Both the position numbers and the translations under genes were made by a program. The notes below the pieces were generated by a model, which saw nothing but the letters and a program-made list of their open reading frames with translations, did not search any database and was not told where the DNA came from. Shown in pieces: positions 1 to 1,487 of a DNA stretch of 1,487 bases (position 1 is its first letter; every line of letters begins with the position of its first letter). This DNA is from Naegleria gruberi (taxonomy: Eukaryota). The stretch is from assembly GCA_000004985.1 (NCBI GenBank), contig GG739406.1, one strand, 5' to 3'.

Positions 1-717
1 CACGTGATTATGAGTCAATCTTCCAGATTCAATTCCAATAGCAATTAGCAAATCCAAATTATCATGAAATGCCAATCCAATTGACATTGCTCTCATACTT
101 CCCCCACAACCTCCTCCTCTAGAATCATAATTCAATGAATCCCACTTATTCTTCCTTGTTTGTTTGATATAATTGATGGAATCTCTGCATTTCTTTCCTG
201 GAGATCTATCTCCCATATCTTTCCAACATGCAACATATTCCTGAACCATCACAACCATAATCTTATCAACCAATTCCATAAATCCTTCATCTTTGAATCC
301 AATTGAAAGCTTTGGTGTGAGAATTTGATTCAAATCTTTGTGAGTCAGTGTTTTTAGAGTTGCCAAATGAAAGATCGTATCATCAGATACTTTCCATGAC
401 TTAGTATCGATATTTGCAATCTTTCCTCCAAATTCATCTTTTAATTCCTTATGAATTCTCTCTCCGGAGAAGTTAAACTCCCACGTTCCATTCCTATATC
501 CAATTGCATCACCAACAGCAGTCAATACACAACTAGCTTCAATTCTCTCCGCTAAGGAAGGTAATGAATCTTTATTAATCTTCCTATCCAGCAAATTATT
601 TACAGTAGCTCTATCGCAGATTGATTGATCACCATTTGATACATTTGATGAAGCTGTAGAAAACAATTGATCACCATTTGATGGTGAGCGAGGATCCTTG
701 TGTACTTGTTGAGACAT
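1..717 (-). CDS. ADP-ribosylarginine hydrolase, ARH1/ADPRH-like (ADP-ribosylglycohydrolase family). Partial: the N-terminal 239 codons are present and the ORF continues beyond position 1.
   Basis: Manual reverse-complement translation from the ATG at 717-715 gives a stop-free 239-codon frame to the window edge: MSQQVHKDPRSPSNGDQLFSTASSNVSNGDQSICDRATVNNLLDRKINKDSLPSLAERIEASCVLTAVGDAIGYRNGTWEFNFSGERIHKELKDEFGGKIANIDTKSWKVSDDTIFHLATLKTLTHKDLNQILTPKLSIGFKDEGFMELVDKIMVVMVQEYVACWKDMGDRSPGKKCRDSINYIKQTRKNKWDSLNYDSRGGGCGGSMRAMSIGLAFHDNLDLLIAIGIESGRLTHNHV... From residue ~58 onward it is colinear with vertebrate ARH1 as I recall it (VLSAVGDALGYYNGKWEF ... WRVSDDTVMHLATAEAL ... YQDCMEDMDGRAPG ... EGGCGAAMRAMCIGLRF ... 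LIQVSIESGRMTHHHPTG). An in-frame TGA lies 3 codons upstream of the ATG (724-726 on the minus strand), so the frame is closed 5' of this ATG. The start context is A-rich (gaaaaaaATGtct). The ORF is missing from the supplied track because it has no stop within the window. Confidence 0.85.
   Translation of the reverse strand, partial: MSQQVHKDPRSPSNGDQLFSTASSNVSNGDQSICDRATVNNLLDRKINKDSLPSLAERIEASCVLTAVGDAIGYRNGTWEFNFSGERIHKELKDEFGGKIANIDTKSWKVSDDTIFHLATLKTLTHKDLNQILTPKLSIGFKDEGFMELVDKIMVVMVQEYVACWKDMGDRSPGKKCRDSINYIKQTRKNKWDSLNYDSRGGGCGGSMRAMSIGLAFHDNLDLLIAIGIESGRLTHNHV
624..682 (-). repeat. Perfect 17-bp direct repeat attgatcaccatttgat (624-640 and 666-682), 42 bp apart, in-frame within the N-terminal extension of the CDS. 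It encodes SNGDQ twice.
   Basis: Read directly from the sequence. A further catttgat repeat lies at 633-640 and 643-650. The region is low-complexity and slippage-prone. Confidence 0.9.
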
Positions 718-790
718 TTTTTTCAACTTCCCAACCAAATCTGCCAATTTACTGTAAATAAGTTAGATCGCGGGAGGTTGATATAAATTC
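718..790 (-). promoter_or_regulatory. Putative 5'UTR and core promoter of the ARH1-like gene: an A-rich Kozak-like start context and a TATA-like motif (TATAAA on the plus strand at 782-787, TTTATAT on the minus strand) about 65 bp upstream of the ATG.
   Basis: A-rich sequence directly precedes the ATG on the minus strand. TATAAA at 782-787 is the only strong TATA-like motif within 100 bp upstream of the start, and it lies just inside the inverted-repeat-bounded segment. The transcription start is unknown, and this ATG could be preceded by an upstream exon. Confidence 0.2.
743..775. repeat. Left arm of a split inverted repeat: outer 11-mer gccaatttact (743-753), a 9-nt spacer, then inner 13-mer ttagatcgcggga (763-775).
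   Basis: The reverse complement of 1421-1448 reads gccaatttact-tatt-ttagatcgcggga. Both the 11-bp and the 13-bp blocks match the left arm perfectly. The spacers differ (9 nt versus 4 nt). The GC-rich 12-mer stands out in an AT-rich background. Confidence 0.8.
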
Positions 791-820
791 GTCGATCCGC
801 TGGACCAGAAGAAAATTTGC

Positions 821-837
821 AAGTTGAGTGTCAACTT
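821..837. repeat. Hairpin-forming inverted repeat aagttga-gtg-tcaactt (7-bp stem, 3-nt loop).
   Basis: Perfect 7-bp complementary arms, read directly. Immediately followed by an A-rich tandem repeat. Confidence 0.6.
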
Positions 838-838
838 T

Positions 839-862
839 AAAAAATATTCAAAAAAATATTAT
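839..862. repeat. Tandem 12-mer, two copies (aaaaaatattca / aaaaaatattat).
   Basis: 10 of 12 positions are identical in the two adjacent copies. Confidence 0.7.
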
Positions 863-883
863 CAGCCAAACATAACAATGCAG

Positions 884-905
884 TGAAACTACATTGAAAC
901 TACAT
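884..905. repeat. Perfect tandem duplication of the 11-mer tgaaactacat (884-894 and 895-905).
   Basis: Read directly. It is followed by agttttac, which is partially complementary to gaaacta. Confidence 0.85.
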
Positions 906-961
906 AGTTTTACCCATCGAGAAAACTGGCTTTATTTTGCATAACGTGGAATAGTATCATC

Positions 962-973
962 ATTAGTACTAAT
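962..973. repeat. Perfect 12-bp palindrome attagtactaat (centred on gtac).
   Basis: The sequence equals its own reverse complement. Confidence 0.8.
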
Positions 974-1021
974 TTTAGTAGAATTGATGAACAATATGGT
1001 GTTTGGCTAATGCTAATACAC

Positions 1022-1039
1022 CAACAACAACAACAACAA
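1022..1039. repeat. (CAA)6 microsatellite.
   Basis: caacaacaacaacaacaa read directly. The adjacent gctaat is duplicated at 1006-1017. Confidence 0.95.
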
Positions 1040-1420
1040 GAAATAATAGTAATTATATTTGCGGAAGGCTCAAGAATGAATGGTTGCTGTTACCAATATT
1101 GGCTCTGTTCTTGTTGTTGGAGTTTGGTCATCAGTTCTTGATTGGATTATTGTTGGTATTCTGTTGAGTTCCCAAATTTTCACAATAAAAGACTTGTTCA
1201 ATATATTTGTGTTGGTTTCCTGCATGAAATGTTACCTCATTACTCGCAGAGTATTCAAGAGAAGGAATAGAGTGTGGTGTTCTATCTTTGCTTGTGAGCA
1301 AGATTACCGACTTGTAAAAATTTTCAGATACCAAGAAATTTTGGCAAAGTCGAACTGGTATCCAATGGCTGGTATTTTGGACTTGGAAAAAAAATTTTCT
1401 GGCCCATTTTTTCAAAGACT

Positions 1421-1448
1421 TCCCGCGATCTAAAATAAGTAAATTGGC
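1421..1448. repeat. Right arm of the split inverted repeat: tcccgcgatctaa (1421-1433), aata, then agtaaattggc (1438-1448).
   Basis: Perfect reverse complement of the 13-bp and 11-bp blocks of 743-775. A chance 13-bp plus 11-bp inverted match within 1.5 kb is extremely unlikely. Confidence 0.8.
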
Positions 1449-1452
1449 GCCA

Positions 1453-1475
1453 AAACTAATCTGAAGAATTAGTTT
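1453..1475. repeat. Hairpin-forming inverted repeat aaactaat-ctgaaga-attagttt (8-bp stem, 7-nt loop) located 5 bp outside the right arm of the inverted repeat.
   Basis: Perfect 8-bp complementary arms. The stem is AT-rich (one GC pair), so it is thermodynamically weak. Confidence 0.5.
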
Positions 1476-1487
1476 CCTTATAGAGAA

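Larger units (their letters stand above)
743..1448. mobile_element. Candidate non-autonomous DNA transposon (MITE-like or foldback element), about 706 bp, bounded by imperfect terminal inverted repeats of roughly 28-33 bp. The interior is AT-rich, repeat-rich and non-coding.
   Basis: Terminal inverted repeats bracket about 645 bp with no convincing coding capacity. The interior holds tandem duplications (839-862, 884-905, 1006-1017), palindromes (821-837, 962-973) and a (CAA)6 microsatellite. No target-site duplication was found: the flanks are ct| and |gc, there is no TA, and there are no CAGT termini. Boundaries and mobility are therefore unproven. Confidence 0.3.

Noticed and set aside
1-717. 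Assigning the hydrolase to the inactive ARH2 (ADPRHL1) paralogue, or giving it a bacterial DraG or anti-defence role
   Set aside because: It shares GYRN with ARH2. However, the Asp-Asp pair in VSDDT and the GGGCGG-MRAM segment match active ARH1, not ARH2. The end-to-end colinearity with vertebrate ARH1 and the eukaryotic context argue against a bacterial DraG-type assignment. Without a database search, I left the gene symbol blank.
821-862. A hairpin followed by an A/T-rich run, considered as a rho-independent terminator
   Set aside because: The context is eukaryotic. On the plus strand the stem is followed by A-runs rather than T-runs. On the minus strand the T-run precedes the stem. The stem is only 7 bp with a 3-nt loop.
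1312-1327. GTAAAA immediately followed by TTTTCAG, considered as an intron
   Set aside because: The donor-like and acceptor-like motifs are less than 15 bp apart, which is far below any plausible intron length. It is likely a coincidence of AT-rich sequence.
1080-1433. The 117-aa plus-strand ORF and the overlapping 94-aa minus-strand ORF (1131-1415) from the supplied track, considered as genes
   Set aside because: They are mutually overlapping antisense ORFs in AT-rich DNA. Their composition is biased to F, I, L, K and N. They have no recognisable motifs and lie inside a repeat-bounded non-coding segment. The plus ORF ends within the inverted-repeat arm. Both are most consistent with chance ORFs. 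I kept them only as a low-interest check.
743-1448. Classifying the inverted-repeat element as Tc1/mariner or another named superfamily
   Set aside because: There is no TA, or other, target-site duplication at the inferred ends (flanks are ct and gc). There are no CAGT/ACTG terminal signatures at the boundaries, and no transposase remnant. Superfamily assignment is not supportable from this window.
731-1463. A possible target-site duplication formed by ccaaccaaatctg (731-743) and ccaaaactaatctg (1450-1463)
   Set aside because: The similarity is partial (aatctg is shared). The right-hand copy is offset about 10 bp from the arm end while the left copy abuts it, so the two are not positioned as a true duplication.
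1-1487. CRISPR array, tRNA, rRNA or other structured RNA genes
   Set aside because: The only repeats are 2-copy tandem duplications, a trinucleotide microsatellite and short palindromes. There are no regularly spaced 25-40 bp repeats, no tRNA-like cloverleaf segments with conserved GTTC or T-loop features, and no rRNA-like conserved blocks.

Overview
This window looks eukaryotic rather than prokaryotic. It has a single long gene fragment, an AT-rich repeat-laden upstream region, an A-rich start context and microsatellites. Three main points. (1) Positions 1-717 on the minus strand are the 5' end of a gene for an ARH1-type ADP-ribosylarginine hydrolase (ADP-ribosylglycohydrolase family). This is an unbroken 239-codon reading frame that starts at the ATG at 717-715 and runs off the window at position 1. 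It is missing from the supplied ORF track, which only lists ORFs with a stop codon inside the window. Catalytic-site motifs are conserved (GDAIGY, WKVSDDT, GGGCGGSMRAM, ESGRLTHNH), and the protein has an unusual ~57-aa low-complexity N-terminal extension containing a 17-bp in-frame duplication. (2) A split inverted repeat (743-775 versus 1421-1448; a perfect 11-bp outer arm plus a perfect 13-bp inner arm) begins 26 bp upstream of the ATG. It brackets about 645 bp of AT-rich DNA full of short tandem duplications, palindromes and a (CAA)6 microsatellite. It could be a MITE-like or foldback transposon remnant sitting in the promoter, or a paired regulatory element. No target-site duplication is visible, so the mobile-element call is tentative. 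(3) The two supplied ORFs (1080-1433 on the plus strand and 1131-1415 on the minus strand) lie inside that repeat-bounded segment, overlap each other on opposite strands, and look like chance ORFs in AT-rich non-coding DNA. I see no rRNA, tRNA, CRISPR array or prokaryotic operon structure.
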